From a virus: a stretch of 64,000 bases of DNA. The DNA lies in IMG/VR virus record IMGVR_UViG_3300041583_000284, positions 308 through 64,307 of that record. The stretch is one strand, 5' to 3'. How positions within the stretch are numbered: the stretch's first letter is position 1; each line of letters starts with the position of its first letter. The position numbers and the translations under genes were made by a program. Positions 8,965 through 18,208 of the stretch are shown piece after piece. The notes below the pieces were generated by a model. It did not search any database, was not told where the DNA came from, and saw nothing but the letters and a program-made list of their open reading frames with translations.

Positions 8965-9701
8965 TGCGTAACTGGCACCGCCTCAAGTCGCCGTTTGGCT
9001 CTTGGCACAGCGGCCTCTCCCCCGCGCCCTTCTCCCCTGCAACACTATACAGCGCCGCGCAGCTTGGCGACTATATTACAGCCGACGACGACACTCGCCA
9101 ATGGCAAAACCAAGCCGGGTCAGTTGCGCCTGTTGTTGATAGCCCGATTGGCAAGATTAACGGCGGGCAGGGCGTAATGTCGTGGGGTCCGGGTGACGCG
9201 AATGACTCAAGGCGTCCGGCGCTAAGGGCTGCCGGCGCGTTGCGGTATTGGGAATACGACGGAATAAATGACGGGATGGGCACAGGCATTAGTTACGGCG
9301 CAACTCTGATGGACTTGTTTTTTGTTTCGCAAAGAGCAACTACGCCTAACTTTCTGCAAGCTACAGCTATCTACGGCGCAGGTAGCTTTTTGGGAGCGGC
9401 ACAAGCTACCACTACACGCCCAGATCAAGACCTTGGTACTCCAACGTACTTTATAAATGGGAACGCAATCGACCGCACTAGATTGGCAATTTTTAACGCA
9501 ACAACCCCCGACGTACCTTTTATTATGGAAGTACGCGGTTGTAACATGGTGTCATTCTGGCCGGAATTGTGGACTGGTTTTTACCCGACATATAGTAGCC
9601 TGCGACGCGTTTACGCAGTAGTTGCCCGCCAAACGTTGTCCACCGACGAGCGAAATTTGCTGATGCCGTGGCTGGCAGCAAAAGCAGGGATTACACTATG
9701 A
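8964..9701 (+). CDS. hypothetical tail-module protein
   Basis: 245 aa, coupled to both neighbours. Locally lower GC at about 9280-9600. No motif recognised with confidence. Confidence 0.5.
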   Translation: MRNWHRLKSPFGSWHSGLSPAPFSPATLYSAAQLGDYITADDDTRQWQNQAGSVAPVVDSPIGKINGGQGVMSWGPGDANDSRRPALRAAGALRYWEYDGINDGMGTGISYGATLMDLFFVSQRATTPNFLQATAIYGAGSFLGAAQATTTRPDQDLGTPTYFINGNAIDRTRLAIFNATTPDVPFIMEVRGCNMVSFWPELWTGFYPTYSSLRRVYAVVARQTLSTDERNLLMPWLAAKAGITL

Positions 9702-10471
9702 GCATGGTAGCAATTATCCCCGCTGTACTTCTGGATGCGGCAAACAAGAAACTTGAGGCGGCTGGCTTTGGTCCAAGCAATTTCAGCGTAGCTGCGTACA
9801 CTGGCCCCGGCATCTCGCACGCTGCGTTTCATTCGTGGAACGATCCTGCCTTTGAGGCTGATGTGCAGGCCATTGCTGGCGTGGTCTGGGAAATCAGTGA
9901 GGGCAATCATGAAGCCCGCGTTACGGCGATGATCAAGGCGCAAGGGGCAAAGTGGGGCGACCGGGCAGCCGCATTGCCTGACAAGGGAACAGTCAAAGCG
10001 GGCGACCTGTTGCGGGATACGGACGGCAACCTGTGGTCAGTGATCCAGCCATTCAGCCGCACCACCTACGGCGCAGCACCGGAAACCTACCCGGCCCTGA
10101 TCCGCCGCGTTCGTGACCCCAAAGCGACCGAGGAATACAAGCAACCGATTGACCAATACGACAGCTACAGCCTCAAGAACCCGTTCACGGGCGCGGCTGA
10201 CCGCGTTACCGTAGAGGGTAAGACCTACGCGTCACTAGTCAACGCCAATGTATGGAAGCCACCAAGCGCACAGTGGCAAGAGATTGACCCAAAGACGGGT
10301 GAACCTATCGTGCCAGTCAAAACCGTGGCCGCGTGGAAACAGCCTGCGGGGGCGCATGACGCCTATAAGGCGGGCGATCAAGTTACCTTTGGGGGCAAGA
10401 CCTACGCAAGCGCAATTGACGCTAACGTCTGGTCGCCAACAGCCTACCCGGCTGGCTGGAAAGCGATCTGA
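9698..10471 (+). CDS. protein with two CBM5/12-like carbohydrate-binding repeats
   Basis: ATG at 9698 overlaps the upstream stop (ATGA); the track offers an alternative GTG at 9668. Two repeats, VTVEGKTYASLVNANVWKPPSAQWQEI and YKAGDQVTFGGKTYASAIDANVWSPTAYPAGWKAI, match the recalled Y-x-G-D-x-V-x-x-G-K-x-Y...W-x-P...W pattern of CBM5/12. Confidence 0.55.
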   Translation: MSMVAIIPAVLLDAANKKLEAAGFGPSNFSVAAYTGPGISHAAFHSWNDPAFEADVQAIAGVVWEISEGNHEARVTAMIKAQGAKWGDRAAALPDKGTVKAGDLLRDTDGNLWSVIQPFSRTTYGAAPETYPALIRRVRDPKATEEYKQPIDQYDSYSLKNPFTGAADRVTVEGKTYASLVNANVWKPPSAQWQEIDPKTGEPIVPVKTVAAWKQPAGAHDAYKAGDQVTFGGKTYASAIDANVWSPTAYPAGWKAI

Positions 10472-10836
10472 TGCTCTGCGCCCTGATCATCGCAACACAT
10501 ATGGGCGGCAGCATCTCGGATGCGACAGCCGTTGCGCGATGGGCCGATAAGTCAGGGTGCATTGTTCGGATTGAGGGTCAATGCGCAAGCGCCTGCGTCA
10601 TGCTCGTGAAGCTGGGCTGTGTAACACCTAGTGCTAGGCTTGGTTTCCATGCCCCTACGCGCAACGGAAGGCCCCTTGTGGGTGATGACCGGGCGTTCTG
10701 GGCACAACGTATGGCAAGTCACATGCCTGCCGCTATGGCGCGGTGGTATCTGGCAGGTCCAGCATACAAAGCAGGCCTGACATGGCTGGATGCAAGGAAT
10801 GCAATTATAATGGGGGCGAAACCATGCCGCTCCTGA
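10471..10836 (+). CDS. hypothetical protein
   Basis: 121 aa with a TGATG overlap with the previous ORF. Cys-rich (CASACVML). Confidence 0.45.
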   Translation: MLCALIIATHMGGSISDATAVARWADKSGCIVRIEGQCASACVMLVKLGCVTPSARLGFHAPTRNGRPLVGDDRAFWAQRMASHMPAAMARWYLAGPAYKAGLTWLDARNAIIMGAKPCRS

Positions 10837-10968
10837 TATTTCACAGCACAAAGGAATCCCCCATGAAATACATACTCGCAGGTCACGGCTACGCCTTTGA
10901 ACCCGAGGGCGAGATTTAATGGCAACGCTTGCCGCGATGGGGCTGACGCAGGTGGTGGTGGACATCTG

Positions 10969-11223
10969 ATGGCCAAGTCCCCTGCATGGACCCGCAAAGA
11001 TGGCAAGAGCGCCAAAGGCGGGTTGAACGCCAAGGGGCGGGCATCCTACAACAAGGCCAACCCCGGGAAGCCGGGGCTGAAGGCCCCCCAGCCGGAAGGG
11101 GGCTCCCGCAAAGCGAGTTTCTGTGCTAGAATGACAGGTATGAAGAAGAAGTTGACCTCGAAGAAGACGGCCAGCGACCCGAACAGTCGCATCAACAAAA
11201 GCCTGCGGGCTTGGAAGTGTTAG
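10969..11223 (+). CDS. small basic protein
   Basis: In-frame ATG inside track ORF 10897-11223 (MAKSPAWTRKDGKSAKGGLNAKGR...). Lys/Arg-rich. Confidence 0.45.
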   Translation: MAKSPAWTRKDGKSAKGGLNAKGRASYNKANPGKPGLKAPQPEGGSRKASFCARMTGMKKKLTSKKTASDPNSRINKSLRAWKC

Positions 11224-11237
11224 ATGGAGGATACCCG

Positions 11238-11423
11238 ATGATGAACCGTGCGATGATGGGCAGCCAGATGACGGGCAACCAGATGGCGATGCCTAGCGCC
11301 CAACCGATGATGCCCGTCGCTCCCATGAAAAATGGGGGCAAGGTCAAGAAGATGGCCAAGGGCGGCAAGGTCCGCGGCGATGGCGCCTGCATCAAGGGCA
11401 AGACCCGGGGGGCAATGAAATGA
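11238..11423 (+). CDS. small Met/Lys-rich protein
   Basis: ATG preceded by a GGAGGA RBS, inside track ORF 11211-11423. MMNRAMMGSQMTGNQMAMPSAQPMMPVAPMKNGGKVKKMAKGGKVRG. Confidence 0.5.
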   Translation: MMNRAMMGSQMTGNQMAMPSAQPMMPVAPMKNGGKVKKMAKGGKVRGDGACIKGKTRGAMK

Positions 11424-11650
11424 AGAAACCCGTCAAGAAGGCTGACTACAAGTCCTCTAAGTATCGGGACGGCAGATCGCAGGGGGCTGCTGCACCTCTC
11501 GGTACAAAACGATCTATCAAAGACCGTGCAGACCCAGCGTATGGCACTCCCGCGCAGCAAGCTAAAGGGGCAGCTTTTCGGGCAGCCGCATCCCTCAAGA
11601 GCAATAAAAAGGCTGGCAAAGACGTAAAGCTAGCTAGAAATGGCAAGTGA
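11420..11650 (+). CDS. small basic protein
   Basis: 76 aa, Lys-rich, ATGA-coupled to the previous ORF. Confidence 0.5.
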   Translation: MKKPVKKADYKSSKYRDGRSQGAAAPLGTKRSIKDRADPAYGTPAQQAKGAAFRAAASLKSNKKAGKDVKLARNGK

Positions 11651-11760
11651 TGTCGAAGAAACCCACCAAGAAGGCCGACGAGGGCAAGATGTCTGGCAAA
11701 GACCGCTTCCTCGCGATGATCGAGAAGAAAAAGGCGAAGAAGCCTAAGAAGAAAAAGTGA
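11650..11760 (+). CDS. very small basic protein
   Basis: 36-aa ORF read by hand (MSKKPTKKADEGKMSGKDRFLAMIEKKKAKKPKKKK). TGATG overlap with the previous ORF. Confidence 0.35.
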   Translation: MSKKPTKKADEGKMSGKDRFLAMIEKKKAKKPKKKK

Positions 11761-11763
11761 CCT

Positions 11764-12138
11764 ATGGGCCGCACGAACGAGAAGCTGTGGGGCAAGGCTA
11801 AGGCGGAAGCCAAGGCTAAGATGGGCGGGAAACACTCCGCCCGGGCCATGCAGCTCGCAGGTAAGATATACCGTGAGGACGGCGGCGGATACACTGGCAC
11901 GAAGACAAAATCCCAGTCCTCCCTGTCAAAATGGGGCAACGAGGACTGGGGTACAAAGAGCGGCAAACCCTCTGGCAAGACGGGCGAGAGATACCTGCCA
12001 AAGAAGGCGCGTGAGTCTTTGTCCGATGCAGAGTATAGTGCCACCTCAAAGGCGAAGCGGGCGGGCACTGCCAAGGGCAAGCAGTTCGTAGCGCAACCGA
12101 AGAAGATCGCGAAGAAGACCGCGAAGTTTAGGGACTGA
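11764..12138 (+). CDS. basic protein (Lys-rich)
   Basis: 124 aa. The SARAMQLAGKIYREDGGGY segment is recalled from a widespread uncharacterised phage/bacterial family. Confidence 0.5.
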   Translation: MGRTNEKLWGKAKAEAKAKMGGKHSARAMQLAGKIYREDGGGYTGTKTKSQSSLSKWGNEDWGTKSGKPSGKTGERYLPKKARESLSDAEYSATSKAKRAGTAKGKQFVAQPKKIAKKTAKFRD

Positions 12139-12140
12139 CC

Positions 12141-12806
12141 ATGGCCGCCATCGTACCAGACCTGTCGGAACTCTTTGAGGAAGCCTACGAGCGGGCAGGC
12201 CTCGAGATGCGTTCAGGGTATGACCTAAAGACCATCCGCCGCAGCCTGAACCTGCTGTCGTTGGAGTGGGCGAACCGGGGCCTGAACCTCTTCACCATTG
12301 AGGCGGGCACGATTCCTCTCACCGCCGGCACTGCGTCATACGAGATGCCTGTGGACACGATTGATCTGATCGAGCACCAGCTGCGCACCGGGCAGCAAGA
12401 TACGTTCTTGGAGCGGATCAGCGTGTCAACCTATGCGCAGCAGTCCAACAAGGCGATGATTGCGCGCCCCACCCAGATCTATGTGAGCCGCGGGGCCACT
12501 GGCACGACGGTGACGCTCTGGCCCGTGCCAGACAGCACGCAGGCCTACACCCTTGTCTACTACCGGCTCAAATACATAGAGGGCCTGTCTGGTGGTATCG
12601 GTGGCGAAGTCACGTCCATCCCACCCCGCTTTGTGCCTGCCCTCGTGGCGGGCCTCGCCTACTACATCGCGGGCAAGCGGCCGCAGGCGGAAGGGCGTAT
12701 CCCCCGGCTCCAAGCAGAGTACGAGGCGCAGTTCGATCGCGCAGCGGGCGAGGACCGGGAGCGCGCGTCTGTCAGGCTGGTGCCCACTGGCCCACGGGGG
12801 TACTGA
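12141..12806 (+). CDS. hypothetical structural protein (head-tail connector/adaptor candidate)
   Basis: 221-aa ORF in the structural operon. Assignment by position only. Confidence 0.45.
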   Translation: MAAIVPDLSELFEEAYERAGLEMRSGYDLKTIRRSLNLLSLEWANRGLNLFTIEAGTIPLTAGTASYEMPVDTIDLIEHQLRTGQQDTFLERISVSTYAQQSNKAMIARPTQIYVSRGATGTTVTLWPVPDSTQAYTLVYYRLKYIEGLSGGIGGEVTSIPPRFVPALVAGLAYYIAGKRPQAEGRIPRLQAEYEAQFDRAAGEDRERASVRLVPTGPRGY

Positions 12807-13129
12807 TGACATACGCACGTGCGAGCAAAGCGTTTGGGTTCTGCGACCGGACGGGGTTCAGATACCCCCTGAAAGACCTTGTGTATGAAGTCCGCGATGG
12901 CCAGCAAACTGGTTTCAGGGTCGGCCGCGACGTTGTAGACCCCGACCACCCGCAGAATTTTGTAGGGCGCCTCAAGGTGAACGACCCGCAGTCGCTCTTT
13001 GACCCACGCCCGGACACATCACAGGACGCAGCAAACGCGCTGTGGGGCTGGAATCCCGTAGGAAACCCCGCACAATCTATGGTAGGCTCCGTTGGAGTCG
13101 TAACAGTCAACATTGAGGAGGCCTCCTGA
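12806..13129 (+). CDS. hypothetical structural-module protein
   Basis: 107 aa, TGATG-coupled. Confidence 0.5.
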   Translation: MTYARASKAFGFCDRTGFRYPLKDLVYEVRDGQQTGFRVGRDVVDPDHPQNFVGRLKVNDPQSLFDPRPDTSQDAANALWGWNPVGNPAQSMVGSVGVVTVNIEEAS

Positions 13130-13362
13130 TGAAATCCCCACGCCCCAAAGCCGATCCCCGCAAGAGCGCCCCCAAGATGCGCCCGAAGCCCCGCGATCAA
13201 AAGAAGATCGACGCTATCGTGGATGACAAGGCCGCCAAGGGCGCGGTCGAGCGCGGCAATCGCAATGCCCAGCCTCCGGGGCCCACTGGCTACGCCAAGG
13301 GTGGTACTGTCCGCGGGATGGGTGCAGCTGCCAAGGGCGGCAAGTTCAACAAGAACGGGTAA
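13129..13362 (+). CDS. small basic protein
   Basis: 77 aa, Lys/Arg/Pro-rich, TGATG-coupled. Confidence 0.5.
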   Translation: MKSPRPKADPRKSAPKMRPKPRDQKKIDAIVDDKAAKGAVERGNRNAQPPGPTGYAKGGTVRGMGAAAKGGKFNKNG

Positions 13363-13365
13363 GCC

Positions 13366-14013
13366 ATGACGTATGCAGAGCTGGTGCAAGCGATCACGGA
13401 CTACACGGAAAACCTTGAAGCGACTTTCGTTTCGAGCATCCCTACGTTTGTCAGGCAAGCGGAAAGCCGCATCCAGCGGTCGGTTCTCATCCCAGAGTTC
13501 CGTACCAATTCCTTGGGAACGGTGTCTACGGGCAACCGCTATCTTGCGCGACCTGCGGACTTCCTATCCGTATTTTCTGTGGCTGTGATCGCGGCCAACG
13601 GGGCATACACCTACCTGCTCGACAAAGACATGAACTTCATGCGTGAGGCTTACCCGAACCCAACTGTGACGGGTGTGCCGAAGTATTATGCCCAGTACGC
13701 AGGGGACAGCGCTGATGTCCCCACTGGGTCCTTCTTGATAGGCCCCACGCCCAACGCTGACTATCAGGTGGAGCTGCAGTATTACCGCGACCCTGCGTCC
13801 ATCGTAGACGCGGGCACGTCGTGGCTCGGGGAGAACGCGGCCCCGGCGCTGCTATATGGTTCGCTGATCGAGGCCTACACCTTCATGAAGGGCGACGCAG
13901 ACATGGCTGCCGTCTACAAGGGTCGGTATGACGAGGCCCTTGCCCAGCTGGGGATCATTGACGTGCGGAGCAAGCGTGACAGCTACCGCGATGGGGATAT
14001 GAGGGTCGAATGA
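13366..14013 (+). CDS. hypothetical structural protein
   Basis: 215-aa ORF in the operon. Confidence 0.5.
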   Translation: MTYAELVQAITDYTENLEATFVSSIPTFVRQAESRIQRSVLIPEFRTNSLGTVSTGNRYLARPADFLSVFSVAVIAANGAYTYLLDKDMNFMREAYPNPTVTGVPKYYAQYAGDSADVPTGSFLIGPTPNADYQVELQYYRDPASIVDAGTSWLGENAAPALLYGSLIEAYTFMKGDADMAAVYKGRYDEALAQLGIIDVRSKRDSYRDGDMRVE

Positions 14014-14438
14014 GCTTCTCTGGCAACTATATGTGCACGAGCTTCAAGGTGCAGCTTTTTCAGGGGGTCCACGACTTCCCGGACCACGTATTCAAGCTCG
14101 CCCTGTACACGGAAGACGCGGTGCTTACGGCGGCAACAACGGCGTACACCACCACGGAGGAAATCCCAGCCACTGGTGGTTATACCACGGGCGGGGTCAC
14201 GCTCACGCCCACAGCACCGGTAGCTGCAGGCACGGCCGCTGTTGTGTCTTTCGCTCCGCTCACTTTGGCAGGGGCGCAGGTGCGGGCCCGCGGGGCGCTG
14301 ATCTACAACAGCACTGTGGCGGGCAACCCAGCCGTCGCTGTGCTGGACTTCGGGCTCTTGCGCGGGGGTACAGCGTCGGGGATCACCATCAGCTTCCCCC
14401 TCGCGACGGCCACTAATGCCATCTTGCGTGTCACATGA
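14010..14438 (+). CDS. hypothetical structural protein
   Basis: 142 aa, ATGA-coupled. Beta-rich, Thr/Ala/Gly composition. Confidence 0.5.
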   Translation: MSFSGNYMCTSFKVQLFQGVHDFPDHVFKLALYTEDAVLTAATTAYTTTEEIPATGGYTTGGVTLTPTAPVAAGTAAVVSFAPLTLAGAQVRARGALIYNSTVAGNPAVAVLDFGLLRGGTASGITISFPLATATNAILRVT

Positions 14439-14570
14439 GCTGGAGCCCTGTGAACCCGGTCCAGACGCCTGTTTACACAGCCGTTGCCCCAAACCAGAAT
14501 CCGGGGTATTCTCCCGACAATCCGAACCAGACCCCATCGTGGGTCACCATCGCAGCGTGAGGCCTAGACC

Positions 14571-15839
14571 ATGCCAAGTACCTATACAACGAACCTCGGT
14601 GTAGAGAAGCCCGGCTCTGGCGAGCAGTCAGGCACGTGGGGTGGCACTGTCAACGACAACATGGACATCGTGGACCGGGCGATTAACGGAGCAGTATCGC
14701 TCACGCTTGTGGGCGCCACGTCCACGCTGACGACATCCGAGGGCACGCTGTCGGACGGGCAGAACAAGTTCCTGCGCCTCTCAGGGTCGCCCGGCGGCAC
14801 CCACACTATTACTGTGTCGCCCAACGACGCCCAGAAGGTTTACTTCGTGACCAACGGGAGCAACCAATCGGCGGTGTTCTCCCAAGGCTCAGGTGCCAAC
14901 GTCACAGTTCTGGCAGGCGATGCCGCTGTAATTTACTGCAACGGCGCCGGGGCGGGCGCAGCTGTGCTCAGTATGCTCGACGCCCTTGCCATGGGCGCGG
15001 TGCGGATCACCGGCGGCACTATCACAGGCATCACTGACCTTGCTGTCGCGGACGGCGGCACGGGGGCTTCGACTGCCGCCGCTGCTCTGATAAATCTGGA
15101 CCTGACGGCCACGGCGGCGGAGCTGAACATCCTCGACGGGGTTACGGCCTCGACGGCGGAGTTGAACCATGTTGACGGGGTGACTTCTGGCATACAGACG
15201 CAGCTGGACGCTAAAGCGCCGCTGGCAAGCCCCGCCCTGACGGGGAACCCGACAGCCCCCACGCAAACCCCATTAAACAACTCAACGCGGGTCGCGACAA
15301 CGGCTTATACAGATGCTGCTGTTGCAGCAATACCGGCGGCTGATCCTTTCCCCGCAGGTGCAGTGGCACAGTTTGCTATGAACACTGCCCCCTCTGGGTG
15401 GCTAAAAGCTAACGGAGCGTTGGTTTCTCGGGCTACCTACGCCGCTCTTTTTACGGCCATTGGCACCACCTTTGGGGTTGGGGACGGGAGTACAACCTTC
15501 GGTTTGCCCGACCTTCGTGGGGAATTTGTTCGGGGTTGGGATGATGGGCGAGGCGTTGATACCGCGCGGGCTTTTGGTTCTGCGCAAGACGACCTTCTCG
15601 AAACGCACACCCACACGGGTACGGCTGCATCTGCGGGGGCACATACGCACACCGTTGCCATTAACGGTTCAGGCGATAACGGCGGGTCTCAATCTTCGGC
15701 AAGCGCCAGTAAGGAAAATCCGGGTAATTACACCACTTCCAGCGCCGGGGCGCACACGCACTCTGTGACCGTAGACGCAACAGGGGGTGCAGAAACACGC
15801 CCGCGCAACGTTGCGCTCTTGTTCTGCATCAAACACTGA
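14571..15839 (+). CDS. tail fiber protein with C-terminal phage tail-collar domain
   Basis: 422 aa. C-terminal FAMNTAPSGWLKANGALVSRATYAALFTAIGTTFGVGDGSTTFGLPDLRGEFVRGWDDGRGVD matches the recalled tail-collar pattern (P-x-GW-x-x-NG...Y-x-x-LF...FG-x-GDG-x-TF-x-LPDLRG-x-F). Confidence 0.75.
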   Translation: MPSTYTTNLGVEKPGSGEQSGTWGGTVNDNMDIVDRAINGAVSLTLVGATSTLTTSEGTLSDGQNKFLRLSGSPGGTHTITVSPNDAQKVYFVTNGSNQSAVFSQGSGANVTVLAGDAAVIYCNGAGAGAAVLSMLDALAMGAVRITGGTITGITDLAVADGGTGASTAAAALINLDLTATAAELNILDGVTASTAELNHVDGVTSGIQTQLDAKAPLASPALTGNPTAPTQTPLNNSTRVATTAYTDAAVAAIPAADPFPAGAVAQFAMNTAPSGWLKANGALVSRATYAALFTAIGTTFGVGDGSTTFGLPDLRGEFVRGWDDGRGVDTARAFGSAQDDLLETHTHTGTAASAGAHTHTVAINGSGDNGGSQSSASASKENPGNYTTSSAGAHTHSVTVDATGGAETRPRNVALLFCIKH

Positions 15840-15884
15840 AACACCGCGCCTGCCGGAAGCAGGTAACAACCTACGGAGACTAAA

Positions 15885-16217
15885 ATGAAGACTTTCCTTT
15901 ACGCAATCGTGGCGATGATGACTACGGCAGCCGCCGCAATGGCTGGTGGCATGTACGAGGTCAGCCGCACGTCCACCCTTGAAGCTGGCATCTTTGTGCC
16001 TGCTTTGGCCGTGCTGGTCGCTGGTGAACGCCACATTCTGAAACTTGGTGAGAATGGCCTGACCCGCAATATTGTGTTCGACGCTGACAAAGCCAAAGCC
16101 TTCGCCGTGGCCAACGTTGCTCTACCCGCTGGCGTTGTCTTGCAGGTCGCATTGCGCGGCGGCGGTGCTGTGGATGCACTTGGCGTTGAAACCTCCAGCA
16201 ATGGTCAGAGCTGGTAA
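15885..16217 (+). CDS. small secreted protein (signal-peptide-like N-terminus)
   Basis: 110 aa with a GGAGA RBS. MKTFLYAIVAMMTTAAAAMAGG looks like a signal peptide. Followed by a terminator. Confidence 0.5.
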   Translation: MKTFLYAIVAMMTTAAAAMAGGMYEVSRTSTLEAGIFVPALAVLVAGERHILKLGENGLTRNIVFDADKAKAFAVANVALPAGVVLQVALRGGGAVDALGVETSSNGQSW

Positions 16218-16232
16218 AGCGACAAGACTCAG

Positions 16233-16258
16233 CACGGGGGACAAGTTGATCCCCCGTG
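16233..16258 (+). terminator. stem-loop terminator candidate
   Basis: CACGGGGGA-(8 nt)-TCCCCCGTG 9-bp stem followed by TACTTATTT. Confidence 0.5.
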
Positions 16259-16292
16259 TACTTATTTGAGTCTAAAAACAGAAAGAGCGCGC

Positions 16293-16622
16293 ATGCCACC
16301 ATCTATAGCAAGCCAAGTCGCCGCCATGGCCGCAATCCTAGAGCGGATGGAACGGCAGGCTGATGACGATCGCAGAGACCGTAAATCGGCTCAACGTGAA
16401 ACTGAACTTACGCGGGCGGCTGTTTCTGCGGAATTAGCTGACATTCGCCACAGCCAGATTGACGTAGTGAAGCGTCTCGACAAGATCGAGCCAATCACAG
16501 ATTTGGTCACCTCTGTTCGCAGCCGGGTGACTGGCGGCCTGATGTTGCTGGGGGTGCTTGGCGGCGTCGCTTGGGCTGGCGTCTTGTTTTTCAAAGAGAC
16601 AATTTTGGGGTGGTTCCAATGA
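16293..16622 (+). CDS. membrane-anchored coiled-coil protein in the lysis cassette
   Basis: The ATG at 16293 is preferred over the TTG at 16266. C-terminal transmembrane segment GGLMLLGVLGGVAWAGVLFF. ATGA-coupled to the endolysin. Confidence 0.45.
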   Translation: MPPSIASQVAAMAAILERMERQADDDRRDRKSAQRETELTRAAVSAELADIRHSQIDVVKRLDKIEPITDLVTSVRSRVTGGLMLLGVLGGVAWAGVLFFKETILGWFQ

Positions 16623-17305
16623 GATACAACTACAAAATCGTGCAGCCGTGGGTGCTGGCATACGAGGGCGGGTACGTCAACCATCCAGATGACCCCGGCG
16701 GAGCGACCATGGAAGGCGTGACGCAGCGCACCTATAATGCTGACCGGCGGCGGCGCGGTCTCAGCACAAGGCCAGTGATCCGGTTGGAACCCCTTGAGCG
16801 CGACGCGATCTATAAGATCCAATACTGGGATGCAATCCGTGGCGATGATCTGCCAAGCGGCATTGACGCTGCGGTCTATGACTACGCGGTCAACTCTGGG
16901 CCGAGCCGCGCGGCGCGCGAGTTACAGGCGGTGCTGGGCGTGACGCAGGACGGCGTGATCGGGATCTTGACACTGGAAGCGGCGATGCGGGCAAGCCCTT
17001 TCGTGGTCATCAAGGCCCTGTGCGAGCGGCGGTTGGCGTTCATGCGGCGCGCCCGGCATTCCAAGACCAAAAAGCTGCTGTGGCCCACTTTCAGCGTCGG
17101 CTGGACCCGGCGCGTGATGGGCGACATGCCCGGCATCCAAGACGCCGACACAGGGATCATTGACCGGGCGACACGGCTGGCCCGCGGCGCTCCGCACATC
17201 CCCGCGCCGAAGATCCGCGACGACGGTGCCGGGCAAGCTGCCACCGAGACTTTGCTTGGGTTCTGGGCGCGGCTGTTCGCGCTGTTGTTTGGAAAGGTCG
17301 CGTGA
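16619..17305 (+). CDS. endolysin, GH108-type muramidase with PG_binding_3-like C-terminus
   Basis: The ATG at 16619 overlaps the upstream stop. LAYEGGYVNHPDDPGGATMEGVTQRTY is the recalled GH108 signature. The C-terminal DGVIGILTLEA segment resembles a peptidoglycan-binding domain. Confidence 0.85.
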   Translation: MRYNYKIVQPWVLAYEGGYVNHPDDPGGATMEGVTQRTYNADRRRRGLSTRPVIRLEPLERDAIYKIQYWDAIRGDDLPSGIDAAVYDYAVNSGPSRAARELQAVLGVTQDGVIGILTLEAAMRASPFVVIKALCERRLAFMRRARHSKTKKLLWPTFSVGWTRRVMGDMPGIQDADTGIIDRATRLARGAPHIPAPKIRDDGAGQAATETLLGFWARLFALLFGKVA

Positions 17306-17514
17306 TGGGAAAGTTTGTGAGGCTCGGGGTCTACCTCGCCGCGCTGGTGGCGGGTGTGTTGGCCATGGCGGGATACGGGGATTTCGATATGTCCACGTTT
17401 GAGTTTGACCTGTATCCGTTCAATGTCAAAGAGGCTGTGCTGACGCTAGGCATGATGGGCGGCAACGCGCTGGCAGCGTTTGCGTTCTTGCGCGGCTGGA
17501 AGGGCAAGAAATGA
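17302..17514 (+). CDS. holin-like protein (two transmembrane segments)
   Basis: 70 aa. Hydrophobic segments LGVYLAALVAGVLAMAGY and AVLTLGMMGGNALAAFAFL, basic C-terminus. ATGA-coupled to the endolysin. Confidence 0.55.
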   Translation: MMGKFVRLGVYLAALVAGVLAMAGYGDFDMSTFEFDLYPFNVKEAVLTLGMMGGNALAAFAFLRGWKGKK

Positions 17515-17744
17515 TTACCTTGATCCCTGTTGAGGTGTGGGCGGCGCTCGGTGCGATCATCGCGGCTATCGTGGCGTGGTTCGGCCTCCGCCGCAGCGGG
17601 GCAAAAGCGGAGCGGAGCAAGACCGAACGCGACGACGCAGCAGCGTATCGCAAAACAACGGGGGACATGCAGAATGCGGATATTGGTCGCGGTGATCCTG
17701 ACGATGACACTGAGTGGCTGTCCAAGCGCAAGGACAAGCGATAG
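17511..17744 (+). CDS. i-spanin (Rz-like) candidate
   Basis: 77 aa. N-terminal transmembrane segment VEVWAALGAIIAAIVAWFGL followed by a charged periplasmic segment. Confidence 0.55.
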   Translation: MITLIPVEVWAALGAIIAAIVAWFGLRRSGAKAERSKTERDDAAAYRKTTGDMQNADIGRGDPDDDTEWLSKRKDKR

Positions 17745-17871
17745 CGCGCTGGTTACGAATTTGCGGGGGCCTATGGCTGATCTTGCCGGGGCGCTTGTGA
17801 TTGACGGGGGTCCACTGTCCAAACGTGCTGGGCGAGTGGTTATTGCAAAATTTGACGCGGGGGCGCCATAA
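17674..17871 (+). CDS. o-spanin (Rz1-like) lipoprotein candidate
   Basis: Internal ATG in track ORF 17530-17871. MRILVAVILTMTLSGC has a lipobox (LSGC). Overlaps the 3-prime end of the i-spanin gene in another frame. Confidence 0.6.
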   Translation: MRILVAVILTMTLSGCPSARTSDSALVTNLRGPMADLAGALVIDGGPLSKRAGRVVIAKFDAGAP

Positions 17872-17872
17872 T

Positions 17873-18151
17873 ATGAAATACCTTCTAGCAGCTCTACTGG
17901 CATTTGCGGCGTATCCCGCTCTTGCGATCCAGCAATGCAACACCCGAGAGAGCATCCTCTCGCAGCTTGAGAAAAACTACGGAGAGGTTCGCCTCATGGC
18001 TGGGCTGGCCGGGAACGGCAATATGCTGGAAGTTTTTGCCAACACTGCGACAGGCACTTGGACGATCACGGCGACCAGACCAGATGAGATCACGTGCCTG
18101 ATCGGTAGTGGCGGCAAGTTCGAGGCTATCGAGCCCGGCATAGACGGCTGA
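17873..18151 (+). CDS. small secreted protein
   Basis: MKYLLAALLAFAAYPALA signal-peptide-like N-terminus. ATG at 17873 lies inside track ORF 17801-18151. Confidence 0.5.
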   Translation: MKYLLAALLAFAAYPALAIQQCNTRESILSQLEKNYGEVRLMAGLAGNGNMLEVFANTATGTWTITATRPDEITCLIGSGGKFEAIEPGIDG

Positions 18152-18208
18152 TCCGGGCTATCGACGCGGGGCTTATTTCGCGGTATATTCCCGCCACAGG
18201 AGAACCCC

